Positions 16,207-25,076 of a DNA stretch of 29,432 nt are shown one piece after another (the first letter of the stretch is position 1; each line of letters opens with the position of its first letter). The notes beneath the pieces are model-generated. The model saw only the letters and a list, made by a program, of their open reading frames with translations, was not told the origin of the DNA and made no database searches. Source of the DNA: a virus (lineage: Duplodnaviria; Caudoviricetes); IMG/VR virus record IMGVR_UViG_3300038379_000584, positions 1 to 29,432 of that record; one strand, given 5' to 3'. Made by a program: the position numbers and the translations under genes.

Positions 16207-16623
16207 ATGCAAATGCCCTTTATCAATGTCGGTAAGAGCCTTGATGATGTCCCGGAGGAGAGCGCAGTCCCGGAGGGTGACTACGACCTCTCTATCGTCT
16301 CCGTTGGTGAGCCATACACCTCGGAGAAGGGCCGAACGGTAATCAAGGTCAACCTCCGAGTCGACGATCCTGATTACCCTGACGCAAAGCTGGTCCTCCA
16401 CGCAATGGCCTTCCCGAACGAGAATGACTGGAACAATGAGCCACGCACAGCGAAGCTCATGCTCCGCAATGTCAAGCGTTTCCTGAAGGTCTTCGGCGTG
16501 AACTGGGACGATGCCGGCTTCGACTCTGAGGAACTCCTCGGTGCGACGGGCCGCTGCCGTCTCATTCAGGACATCTACGAAGGCGAAACGAACAATAAGC
16601 TGCAGTTGCCTCGTTCTTCCTAA
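16207..16623 (+). CDS. Phage ssDNA-binding protein (DUF669-like)
   Basis: VPEGDYDLSI...LKVFG..ELLGATGRCRL..YEGETNNKL; follows the Sak4-like gene. Confidence 0.8.
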   Translation: MQMPFINVGKSLDDVPEESAVPEGDYDLSIVSVGEPYTSEKGRTVIKVNLRVDDPDYPDAKLVLHAMAFPNENDWNNEPRTAKLMLRNVKRFLKVFGVNWDDAGFDSEELLGATGRCRLIQDIYEGETNNKLQLPRSS

Positions 16624-16635
16624 TCCCCCACGATA

Positions 16636-16700
16636 GCCTCTACCTACCACAGTAGGCGCATGACACGGAGTGGTCCCGTCCGTGGAGGCGAAAACGGGAC
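16636..16700 (+). other. Intergenic RNA structure with pseudoknot or alternative stems
   Basis: GCCTCTAC/GTGGAGGC, CTAC/GTAG and GTCCCGT/ACGGGAC pairings. Confidence 0.45.
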
Positions 16701-16721
16701 TTCCTTAGGAGCCCCATTACT

Positions 16722-16922
16722 TTGAAACGACTAACCTTCGAAATCGACGATGATGCTTTTGATAAGCTCCAGGACCTCCTCCCCTGGGGTATGCGCGCCG
16801 CTGCGCTACGCTGCATGGTTGAGCTAATGATCGCCGGCCTCGAGAAAGGCGGGCCACACTTCGTTGGCGCGCTCATTACTGGGGAGATCACACTTACTCC
16901 AACACACCAAGGTGAAGAATGA
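16722..16922 (+). CDS. Ribbon-helix-helix-like small DNA-binding protein
   Basis: AGGAG RBS, TTG start; KRLTFEIDDDAFDKL beta-alpha pattern. Confidence 0.65.
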   Translation: MKRLTFEIDDDAFDKLQDLLPWGMRAAALRCMVELMIAGLEKGGPHFVGALITGEITLTPTHQGEE

Positions 16923-17143
16923 GCAAACTGGACGAGCTACTCCCCGATCTCACGTCGATGTCCGACGAGCAACTTACAGATCTCGTTCGACAGATCCGCC
17001 GTGACCGGAAGATAAACAAACGTGCTCCGGTGGCTGCCAAGAAAAAAGCCGCCAAAGACAGTGCAAAGACCAAGTCCACTATCCAAAAACTCCTCGCTAC
17101 GCTCTCAAAAGATCAACTGAAGGAACTCCTCGATGCCGAGTAA
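16919..17143 (+). CDS. Small basic hypothetical protein
   Basis: ATGA overlap; Lys/Ala-rich linker; C-terminal LSKDQLKELL helix. Confidence 0.8.
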   Translation: MSKLDELLPDLTSMSDEQLTDLVRQIRRDRKINKRAPVAAKKKAAKDSAKTKSTIQKLLATLSKDQLKELLDAE

Positions 17144-18371
17144 TGTCCTGGATATCAACCCGAAGGAAATCAACATTGGCTCACGCTTCCGTGATGACCT
17201 CGGAAGCCTCGATGACCTAAAGGCATCTATAAAGGAAAAGGGAATCATCCAGCCTATCACCTGCACACCTGACCTCCGCCTGCTCACAGGCCATCGGCGC
17301 CTTACCAGTGCCATTGAACTCGGCCTCGATACCGTACCTGTCATCCTCCGAGAAGTATCCGGTGAAATTGATTTTCGTGAAATCGAACTCATTGAAAACA
17401 TCTGTCGGAAGGACCTCCATTGGAGCGAACGGGCGAAGCTCGAGCAGCACATCCACGAGTTGAAGTCAAAGGAAAAGGGCTGGTCACAGGCACAAACAGC
17501 TGCGCTCCTGGGCCAGAGCCAACCTGGCCTCAACCGCCATCTGCAGCTGGCCAAAGCCATGGAGGCCATTCCTGACCTGAAGGATGCCAAAACTGAAGAC
17601 GCTGCATGGAAGGCTCTGCAGCGGGTAAAGGAACAGGCCGTTGTTCGTGAGCTCAATGAACGTCAGCATAAAGGCTCCAGCTCACTGGCAAAGGTAGTAT
17701 CGGCCAACTACCTCCTCGGCGACGCAGTCGCAGAAATGTCCAAAATGGATCAGGTGGAGGTCTTCACCTTCGCCGAAGTTGACCCTCCATACGGCATCAA
17801 CCTCGACACGATGAAGATGTTCAAGGAGGAAATGTCTGAGTACCGTGAAGTATCTAAAAAGGACTACGAGCGCTTCACCATCGACGCAGCTACACAGGTC
17901 TACCGTCTCCTCCGGCCTGATTCCTGGTGCATCTGGTGGTTCGGGCCAACCAACTGGGAGACGGTGCGCCGCAGCCTGCTGAAGTCAGGATTCTCAGTTG
18001 ACGAAATTCCAGGCATCTGGAATAAGGATATAAATGGGCAAACTATGCAACCGGACTATCACCTGGGCAATAGCTGGGAGCCCTTCTTCATCTGCTATAA
18101 GGGCCGTCCCGTACTGTCCAAGCCTGGTCGCTCTAACGTATTCCGGGCTACTCCAGTATACCACGCGGACAAGAGCCACCCAACTGAGCGTCCTGAGGCA
18201 CTCATGCAAGAGCTCTTCTCCACCTTCTGCCAGCCCGGTGCCCGCATCCTTTCCCCATTCCTAGGCAGTGGCGTCGCCATCCGCGCGGCGCATAAGGCTG
18301 GCATGAACTGTATCGGATGGGATATCAGCGAGGAATATCGCCAACTAGCCATCGTCAAAGCCGAGTCGTGA
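17133..18371 (+). CDS. ParB-like (ParB/Srx + HTH) fused to N6A/N4C DNA methyltransferase
   Basis: SIKEKGIIQPI, TGHRRL, ELIENICRKDL, HTH WSQAQTAALLGQSQPGL; DPPY, HPTERP, PFLGSG (beta-class order). Confidence 0.92.
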   Translation: MPSNVLDINPKEINIGSRFRDDLGSLDDLKASIKEKGIIQPITCTPDLRLLTGHRRLTSAIELGLDTVPVILREVSGEIDFREIELIENICRKDLHWSERAKLEQHIHELKSKEKGWSQAQTAALLGQSQPGLNRHLQLAKAMEAIPDLKDAKTEDAAWKALQRVKEQAVVRELNERQHKGSSSLAKVVSANYLLGDAVAEMSKMDQVEVFTFAEVDPPYGINLDTMKMFKEEMSEYREVSKKDYERFTIDAATQVYRLLRPDSWCIWWFGPTNWETVRRSLLKSGFSVDEIPGIWNKDINGQTMQPDYHLGNSWEPFFICYKGRPVLSKPGRSNVFRATPVYHADKSHPTERPEALMQELFSTFCQPGARILSPFLGSGVAIRAAHKAGMNCIGWDISEEYRQLAIVKAES

Positions 18372-18383
18372 TCAAAATTTGAT
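18371..18383. promoter_or_regulatory. Palindromic site copy 6
   Basis: ATCAAAATTTGAT overlaps the ParB-MTase stop codon, just before the polymerase RBS. Confidence 0.8.
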
Positions 18384-18397
18384 TCGGAGTTACCACC

Positions 18398-20032
18398 ATG
18401 CAAACATCTCCGTATGAAGAAGGCAGCCCGTCTGCGCCAATTCTATTCATCGGCGAAGCTCCTTCGTCCCAGGAAGTAATCCAGGGTCGCCCATTTGTAG
18501 GCCCTGCTGGTCAGCAGTTCAATCGGTTCCTAACCGAGGCTGGCATAGTGCGCAGCGACTGCTACATCGTAAATACGTCACGGGAGCCTATCCAAGATGT
18601 CAAGGAATTCAGAGGGAAAAATGGTCTTACCGGCCGTGGACTCATGCTTGCCGAGGATCTCAAGGCGCGGCTCATCCAAGCACGAGCAACGCCTAACATT
18701 ATCGTTCCGCTTGGAGCACTTGCCACAACAGCAGCAACATCAGATAGTAGACCAATTGGTAAGATTCGTGGATCACCTCTCCCCTGCACACTGCTCCCCG
18801 GCAATGAGGCGATACCTACTATCCATCCAGCAGCAACTCTTTCCTACAAATACGGAGCCCGAAGCGGCGGCAACTACCTCTGGCGTTATCACATTGTCAG
18901 TGACCTCAAGAAGGCGCTTAGACATAGCCATCAACCTGGCATACAGCGGCCAGACCGCACGCTCCTTGTAGGTCCATCCTTCCTGGATGCGATGGATTTC
19001 CTGAAGGAAATGAAGCAGGCATCGCGTGTTGGCTTCGATATTGAAGTGTATAATCACCAGGTAAGCTGCATCAGCTTCGCTGCCGACCCGCTCCTCGCTA
19101 TGTCCATCCCATTCGCCTGGGATCACTTCACCGAAACTCAGGAGGCTCAGCTATGGCGTTCCATAGCATCTGTCCTGGAAGATCCTTCAATTGAGAAAGT
19201 AGGCCAATTTGTCTCATTCGACATTTCATTCTTGATGTTCAAGAATCACATCCGTACCAGGGGACGCATTCTTGACTCATACATTGGTCAGCGTATTCTT
19301 TATCCAGAATTCCCAGCTGGGCTGGACTTCCTCTGCTCCATATACACTGACGAGCCGTATTACAAGGATGATAAGAAAGAGTGGACTCGCCTTGACGGGG
19401 ACTACGAACGCTTCTGGCGTTATAACGCTCGCGACGCGGCGTGCTGCTTGGAAGTCTGGAACAACGGCATTGAGCCGGAGTTGATGTCTGATCAGGACTT
19501 CATGCATACATACAACCTAACAATGCGCGCCCTGGAGCCCTGCCTCTTCATGATGCTAAACGGAATCCGCATTGATAGGAAGAGACTAGCTGAGACTAAA
19601 ATTCAAGTCGAACGGGAACTGGTAGAACTGCAAAAGCAACTGGACGAAGTCTCTGAACGACCCTTCAACCCACTCTCCCCAAAGCAATGCGTATCCTATT
19701 TCTACGGGATCAAAGGTCTAAAGCCATACATCAATCGAAAGACAAAGTCTCCAACCTGTGACGACAAGGCACTGGCCCGTATCATCCGCCGGGATAATTT
19801 GCTAGAGGCCCGTCTTGTCCAGCAAATCCGTGGGAAGCGTAAGCTCCTCTCAAATTACCTCGACATCGACTGCGATCCTGATGATAGGCTACGCTGCTTC
19901 TACAACATCCGTGGCACTGTAACTGGCCGCCTCAGCAGCTCCAAAACAGTATGGGGTACGGGGATGAACTTCCAAAACCTGCCACCTGCGTTCAAGCAGT
20001 TCCTGGTACCCGATGCAATCCGTACTAATTGA
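18398..20032 (+). CDS. polA: Split DNA polymerase A, N-terminal part: family-4 UDG-like domain + 3'-5' exonuclease + thumb
   Basis: GEAP, GRPFVGPAG, HPAA (UDG); FDIE, FD, YNARDA (Exo I-III); TVTGRLSSS, NFQNLP. Confidence 0.92.
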   Translation: MQTSPYEEGSPSAPILFIGEAPSSQEVIQGRPFVGPAGQQFNRFLTEAGIVRSDCYIVNTSREPIQDVKEFRGKNGLTGRGLMLAEDLKARLIQARATPNIIVPLGALATTAATSDSRPIGKIRGSPLPCTLLPGNEAIPTIHPAATLSYKYGARSGGNYLWRYHIVSDLKKALRHSHQPGIQRPDRTLLVGPSFLDAMDFLKEMKQASRVGFDIEVYNHQVSCISFAADPLLAMSIPFAWDHFTETQEAQLWRSIASVLEDPSIEKVGQFVSFDISFLMFKNHIRTRGRILDSYIGQRILYPEFPAGLDFLCSIYTDEPYYKDDKKEWTRLDGDYERFWRYNARDAACCLEVWNNGIEPELMSDQDFMHTYNLTMRALEPCLFMMLNGIRIDRKRLAETKIQVERELVELQKQLDEVSERPFNPLSPKQCVSYFYGIKGLKPYINRKTKSPTCDDKALARIIRRDNLLEARLVQQIRGKRKLLSNYLDIDCDPDDRLRCFYNIRGTVTGRLSSSKTVWGTGMNFQNLPPAFKQFLVPDAIRTN

Positions 20033-20876
20033 AGTTGACTTGGTCCAGGCTGAATGGGTTGTTGTAGCGTACTTTGCCCCTGAGCCTCGCATGATTGAGG
20101 TTATTGAAACAGGCATTGATCCGCATATCCGTACTGGAGAACTCATATCAGGCGCGCCGCCCGACTTCATTCGTGAAGAAGACGCACTGATAGGACACAG
20201 TACTGACCCTGATGAGATCGCTCACATCCGCCAACGAAAGCTATCTCACTGGCCCCTTTCCTCCTACTTCCTCGTCCGTACCATGTCCACGCGGCAAGCT
20301 GGAAAGAAGTCAAACCACGGCCTCAACTACGGAATGGGTATCGACCGCTTCGCTCTTGAAAACGGAATGGAGGTAACCGATGCACGTCGCGTCCGGTTGG
20401 CCTATTACGACGTATACCCAGGCATCACTCACATGCAGCGCGGCATCAAGCAGGCCCTCCTGATTGACCGCACGCTGAAGAATTGCCTCGGTGAGAAGCG
20501 CCGCTTCCACGATGAACTGGACATGGACACGCTTATGGCGGCGTTCTCCTACATCCCACAAAGCACCGTTGGACGCGTTACCAATCTTGGCATCGAGGGT
20601 GTCTATCACAACGTACCGCAGGTAACCATCTCCGCCAACGTTCACGACTCACTTGCTTCGCAGGGCATCTTCAGCTCTGCATCTGATCTCACTGCGGCGA
20701 TCCGTGCTATCGATGAACAGTTCCAAATTCCGCTGGAATACCACAATAGGAAATTTATGCTCAAACGTGAATTCAAAGTTGGCCTCAACTGGGGGGAGTC
20801 CGGCATGGTGAAGATCAAACATCTCACGCCAGAGCACATCGAAGGTGCGTGGCATGCCCTCTCGGAAATGCAATGA
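20013..20876 (+). CDS. polA: Split DNA polymerase A, C-terminal catalytic part
   Basis: Motif A DLVQAE, DPH, motif B RQAGKKSNHGLNYG, PQST, motif C VHDS. Confidence 0.92.
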   Translation: MQSVLIEVDLVQAEWVVVAYFAPEPRMIEVIETGIDPHIRTGELISGAPPDFIREEDALIGHSTDPDEIAHIRQRKLSHWPLSSYFLVRTMSTRQAGKKSNHGLNYGMGIDRFALENGMEVTDARRVRLAYYDVYPGITHMQRGIKQALLIDRTLKNCLGEKRRFHDELDMDTLMAAFSYIPQSTVGRVTNLGIEGVYHNVPQVTISANVHDSLASQGIFSSASDLTAAIRAIDEQFQIPLEYHNRKFMLKREFKVGLNWGESGMVKIKHLTPEHIEGAWHALSEMQ

Positions 20877-22185
20877 CCTTCTCGCGGCATACATGGAGTA
20901 CACAAAAAACACAGAATCTCCACGTTCATTCCATCTCTGGTCAGGAGTCTCAGTTATAGCAGGCACTCTCCAACGTAGATGCTGGATCACATGGGGACAT
21001 ACGCAGATCTTCCCGAACCAGTACATCCTCCTCATCGGCCCATCCGGTGTGCGTAAGTCGGAGCCGTTGAAGATCGCGCGGATGTTCCTTGAATCCGTAA
21101 ACATCCCTTTGATCTCCGATGCAGTCACGAGGCAGGCCCTTGTCCAGACAATCGCAAATGGTCTTCATAATTTCAACTATAATGGTATTCGCCTCCAGTG
21201 TCCAATTAGTGGAGTCTTTGAGGAATTTGCCGTATTCCTGGGCGAAGGGGATATTACCTTCCTATCTTGGCTTACTCAATGGTATGATTCTGGTAGCAAG
21301 TTTGTCTACCAAACCAAAGGTACGGGCACCAATGAGGTTCTTGGCATATGCGCTAATATCCTTGCAAGCAGTGCTCCTGACTGGCTTCCTGTTATGATTC
21401 CTATCACTGCCGTAGGTGGCGGTTTTACCAGCCGTATCATGTTTATCGTCGAGGAACGGAAGGGTGCCATTATTGAAGACCCGAATGAAATCAGCATTGA
21501 TGTGAAGCTCCGCGACAGTATCACACATGACCTAGAATGTATAAAGGCCCTAGTTGGCGAATATACCTTCACCACACAGGCCCTTTCGAAGTATAAAAAC
21601 TGGTACCGTACACAGGAGGAGGGAATCCAACGAGGTAAACTACCAATCGCAGACCCACGCTTCTCCGGCTATATCAGCCGGCGAGCTACACATATAAAGA
21701 AAATCGCCATGGCGTCAAGCGCTTCCCGTGGAGACGATCTGCTAATAACGGACTTTGACTTTGACCGTGCCATGCAGATGATGCTCATTGCTGAAGAAAC
21801 CATGCCACGAGTCTTTACCAGCGTAGGCCGCTCTGCCTTCTCCACACAAACAGACGCTGTTCTCCAATTCGTTCGCGAACGCGGCGAGTCCTCCCGCAGT
21901 GAAGTAATGCGCTTGATGTACTATGATATCGACATCCGTACCTTGGAAATCGTTGAGGAGAATCTTGTAGCCATGCAGATGATTACTCGGGAATCAAACA
22001 CACAGACCGGCGACGTCACGTACAAATGGCGCGGCGGACCCTTGGTAAAAAGGGCCCAGTCCACGCCACCTGACTTTCCAGATGTTGACGAAGTGCCTGA
22101 GGAAGACCTCTATGAAGAGGAAGAGGACCTAGAAGAGGGTGAGAACCAGGAGGAAGATGACGATGAAGAATGGGATGATGTGTAA
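20854..22185 (+). CDS. DUF3987-like P-loop NTPase, putative replicative helicase, with acidic tail
   Basis: ESPRSFHLW, PNQYILLIGPSGVRKS, FEEF, GGFTSR; winged-helix-like C-terminus and D/E-rich tail. AAGGTG RBS favours start 20854. Confidence 0.82.
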   Translation: MPSRKCNDLLAAYMEYTKNTESPRSFHLWSGVSVIAGTLQRRCWITWGHTQIFPNQYILLIGPSGVRKSEPLKIARMFLESVNIPLISDAVTRQALVQTIANGLHNFNYNGIRLQCPISGVFEEFAVFLGEGDITFLSWLTQWYDSGSKFVYQTKGTGTNEVLGICANILASSAPDWLPVMIPITAVGGGFTSRIMFIVEERKGAIIEDPNEISIDVKLRDSITHDLECIKALVGEYTFTTQALSKYKNWYRTQEEGIQRGKLPIADPRFSGYISRRATHIKKIAMASSASRGDDLLITDFDFDRAMQMMLIAEETMPRVFTSVGRSAFSTQTDAVLQFVRERGESSRSEVMRLMYYDIDIRTLEIVEENLVAMQMITRESNTQTGDVTYKWRGGPLVKRAQSTPPDFPDVDEVPEEDLYEEEEDLEEGENQEEDDDEEWDDV

Positions 22186-22189
22186 CTAA

Positions 22190-22206
22190 CGATCAAAATT
22201 TGATCG
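22190..22206. promoter_or_regulatory. Palindromic site copy 7 (CGATCAAAATTTGATCG)
   Basis: Perfect 8-1-8 inverted repeat between convergent genes. Confidence 0.8.
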
Positions 22207-22207
22207 G

Positions 22208-22237
22208 AAGGGGAGCCGCCCGTGGGCTCCCTTTTTT
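22208..22237 (+). terminator. Intrinsic terminator at the convergence of early and late arms
   Basis: GGGAGCC-7 nt-GGCTCCC followed by TTTTTT. Confidence 0.88.
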
Positions 22238-22238
22238 A

Positions 22239-25076
22239 TTACTCCAACCCCATAACGCGCTTCATCAAACTCGGCGGATTGTCCATCTGCTCCTGTTCTA
22301 CAGCCCCGGTGAGCTCACGGAAGATCTTCAACTTATCTCGCACCTTATCCAGCTGTGTCACTCGTGGATCGTTCCCCCTGAACAACTGCAAAACAAGCTG
22401 ATCTCCAGCGGCTTCCTTCACATCTCCATATACCCGCTCCAGCAACTTCTTCTGCAGTGTAGGCGACTTCTCCAACTGCTTCCATTGCTGCGTATTGACT
22501 AGTTCGTCGACGGCCAACTTTGCAGTCTGTCCTACCAGCTTCAACAGCAAATCGTGCTCCGTTGGGTCAAGCTGGATTCCGCGAAACCTATCAGTTGGCG
22601 CAACCAACCTGGCTCCGACCCTGAGTACTTCCTCCGTTGCCTTATCTGGATGCAGCCGGTTGCTGAACAGTGGACTCATCGGGAAGCCGAAGCCACGATC
22701 CAGTTGCACAGCTTCACCCCATGTGTTCCTCCTGGGAAGGAGCCGCTCCGAGTATCCAGGCGTCCTCGACATTACACGCTCACGGATAGAGTCCGCCCTA
22801 CGAAGAATGGGATCCTGTAGGCGAGTAGCCTGTGCAAATGCGGATGGAACTACACTCGCCGACATACGTTGTACCCAAGACGCGCCGAAGCGCTCGGGGT
22901 CATCAATCGCGGCCAGCGCGCCTGTCAATCCTGAAATGAAGGTCTTATTCTCCACATTCCTCCTGAGCGACGCCACCAATAGCGCACCCAGTTCATCCCG
23001 CTCATCGGGCTTCAGATGCCCTGCGATATCTACCATGTCAGCTATCGGGCCAACAACAGAGGCCAGCGGTTCAATCCTCGCGTAGGATACCTGCTCGCCG
23101 CCGAAGTTGAATGAAAAAGGCCGTCTCCCTGACGTAAGCCATGCCCTTCGGATCTCTGGATCTGCCGGTCCTGATCCTGTAATCAGTCCCTCCGCTGCCA
23201 TGGTTGCCACTGTACCAGCCACGGCTGCGCTTAGGGTCTGCCGCGCCAGCTCCATATCACGCCTTCCACCACCAGCCGCAAGCTCCTTCTTCGCCTCAGA
23301 TACCAACGTTCCCAGTACAGGCACATGCCGCCCGGCGAGGCGGAAGATCTGCGTCGGTGTGCGGAAGAAGGGCACCAGTACCTTTGCCAGTGGATGTGTC
23401 TCACCGAATTGCTGTAGGTAAGCCAGGATGCTCCCGCTTTGCAGCTCATTGGTAAAGGTATTCACACGGGCATCCTGCAGGGCTAGCTCCCTCATCTGCT
23501 TCGATGGGCGCAGCCGTAGCTCCGCAGCCCGTGCGTGAGCGGCACGTCCGCTCAACCGTTCCATATGTGCCTGCCGCACGGCGAGCCCATTGATCGTAGC
23601 TCGCATGTTGATTACCTTGAACAACTCATCCGTTGCCATGAGCACACGGCCACCTGTCCTAGCAACCTGTCCTGACAGTCCAGGCAATGTACGCTGCCTT
23701 GGCAACTCAATCTTCGACGTAACATCACCAGGAAATTCAGATGCCATTACCTTTCCAAATGCCGTAAGTCCCTCCTTCATTCCAGTAACCAATCCGGCCA
23801 CTCTGGCATTGGCCTCCCTAAAGGTTACCCTGTCGCTGCCAGCGGCCCGGTACCTGGAGAATAGATCCTTCACAGCTGCCCTATGAACGGGCTGCCTTCC
23901 GGCGACACGTCGTGCTGTGTCCACCACGGCCCTTCCACCGGCCTTCGCTGCGCCAATCGTGGCAGCTGTATACGCCCTGGGAATATCCCACAGTGCAGTC
24001 GCCGCATTGCTCATTCCGTTCACAGCCCACGTTTGCGGACCACTCAGCAGTGAATTCACCCACAGCTCGAGCAACTGATCAGATCCTTTGATCTCTCCCT
24101 TTGCAAACGCCGCCTTTGTATCCGCCAGAAACTTCAGCCGCTTCCCTTCGGTGTCCAGCAGTGAAACGGCATCCTCTAGCAGGGCCCGCCGCTGTACTGA
24201 GGTCAAATTCGGATTAGCCCTAGCCTTCGCATTACGGCCTGCCTGCCACTGAAACACCATCCCGCCCAGGTCATCTACCTTATCTCCCAGGTAGTCATCA
24301 ATCTGCCCTACCATGGACCTGTGTCTGCGTGTTAGCTTCAGAAAGTCCCGTGGGTTCAGTGCCAGCGCCCCGGAGGTTGCACCCGCTAGCAGTGCATCCT
24401 CCAATGGATCTCCACTGACAAGCGAGGCACCAGTGCTCACGCCGCCCATCAAGGCAACGCGGCTCACCGGGCCAAAGGCCTGCGATACCTGCATCAACTT
24501 CCCAAGCGCCGCTCCCGTTACTGCATGCTTTCCAATGGTCAACAGATCCTTATCAGCAACGGAAAGCGCCTCGAGCCCAGCCAGGCCTAGTACTGGTCCA
24601 CCTGTCTTTATGGCCGCCGCACCTGTAAGCAGACTCACTGGAAGGTTCCCAATCAGATTCCCAATCTTATCTGCCAGGTGTGGACTTGCACTGGGCATGA
24701 TCTCCTCAGCATGCTTCAGCAACCCGGCGCTGCGTGCGTCGTAGAACTCCTCCAGTTGCTGAAACGCTCCACCTTTATCCAGTCCGGTAAGCGCAGCCAG
24801 CTTATCTGCTCCGCTATTCAGCAGCCCAGCCAGTCGCGCCCCGTAGCGATCTGCACTTGCAACGCTGCGCGTGAAGCCAGCTCTCACGGAGTCAAAGAAC
24901 TTCGAATCCGCCAGCAGTGGGTCCGCTTCGTTCGCGGCTCCGGTAAGTGCCATCTCCACTGGAGAGCGGCGCGCCTGCGTCCTAGCCATGAATTCCTCAT
25001 AGCTTCCCGGTACACCAGGGCCAGCCGGACGCTCCTTTTGCTTCGCAATGAATGCTTCATACGATGGATCAGCCAT
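22239..25076 (-). CDS. Large internal virion / DNA ejection protein (945 aa)
   Basis: Ala/Gly/Leu-rich and helical; segments NSLLSGP.T..VN, VPFFRTP, SYARIEP, PRRNTWGE typical of podovirus ejection proteins; last gene of the late arm. Confidence 0.75.
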   Translation of the reverse strand: MADPSYEAFIAKQKERPAGPGVPGSYEEFMARTQARRSPVEMALTGAANEADPLLADSKFFDSVRAGFTRSVASADRYGARLAGLLNSGADKLAALTGLDKGGAFQQLEEFYDARSAGLLKHAEEIMPSASPHLADKIGNLIGNLPVSLLTGAAAIKTGGPVLGLAGLEALSVADKDLLTIGKHAVTGAALGKLMQVSQAFGPVSRVALMGGVSTGASLVSGDPLEDALLAGATSGALALNPRDFLKLTRRHRSMVGQIDDYLGDKVDDLGGMVFQWQAGRNAKARANPNLTSVQRRALLEDAVSLLDTEGKRLKFLADTKAAFAKGEIKGSDQLLELWVNSLLSGPQTWAVNGMSNAATALWDIPRAYTAATIGAAKAGGRAVVDTARRVAGRQPVHRAAVKDLFSRYRAAGSDRVTFREANARVAGLVTGMKEGLTAFGKVMASEFPGDVTSKIELPRQRTLPGLSGQVARTGGRVLMATDELFKVINMRATINGLAVRQAHMERLSGRAAHARAAELRLRPSKQMRELALQDARVNTFTNELQSGSILAYLQQFGETHPLAKVLVPFFRTPTQIFRLAGRHVPVLGTLVSEAKKELAAGGGRRDMELARQTLSAAVAGTVATMAAEGLITGSGPADPEIRRAWLTSGRRPFSFNFGGEQVSYARIEPLASVVGPIADMVDIAGHLKPDERDELGALLVASLRRNVENKTFISGLTGALAAIDDPERFGASWVQRMSASVVPSAFAQATRLQDPILRRADSIRERVMSRTPGYSERLLPRRNTWGEAVQLDRGFGFPMSPLFSNRLHPDKATEEVLRVGARLVAPTDRFRGIQLDPTEHDLLLKLVGQTAKLAVDELVNTQQWKQLEKSPTLQKKLLERVYGDVKEAAGDQLVLQLFRGNDPRVTQLDKVRDKLKIFRELTGAVEQEQMDNPPSLMKRVMGLE

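Noticed and set aside
16636-16700. HDV-like, hammerhead or twister ribozyme (GGCGAA..GGGAC, GGTCCC, GTGGAGG look familiar)
   Set aside because: No room for HDV P3/L3/P4, no CUGANGA core, and twister loop residues do not match.
20005-20035. Intron or intein at the polymerase split
   Set aside because: The two ORFs overlap and no intervening sequence exists.
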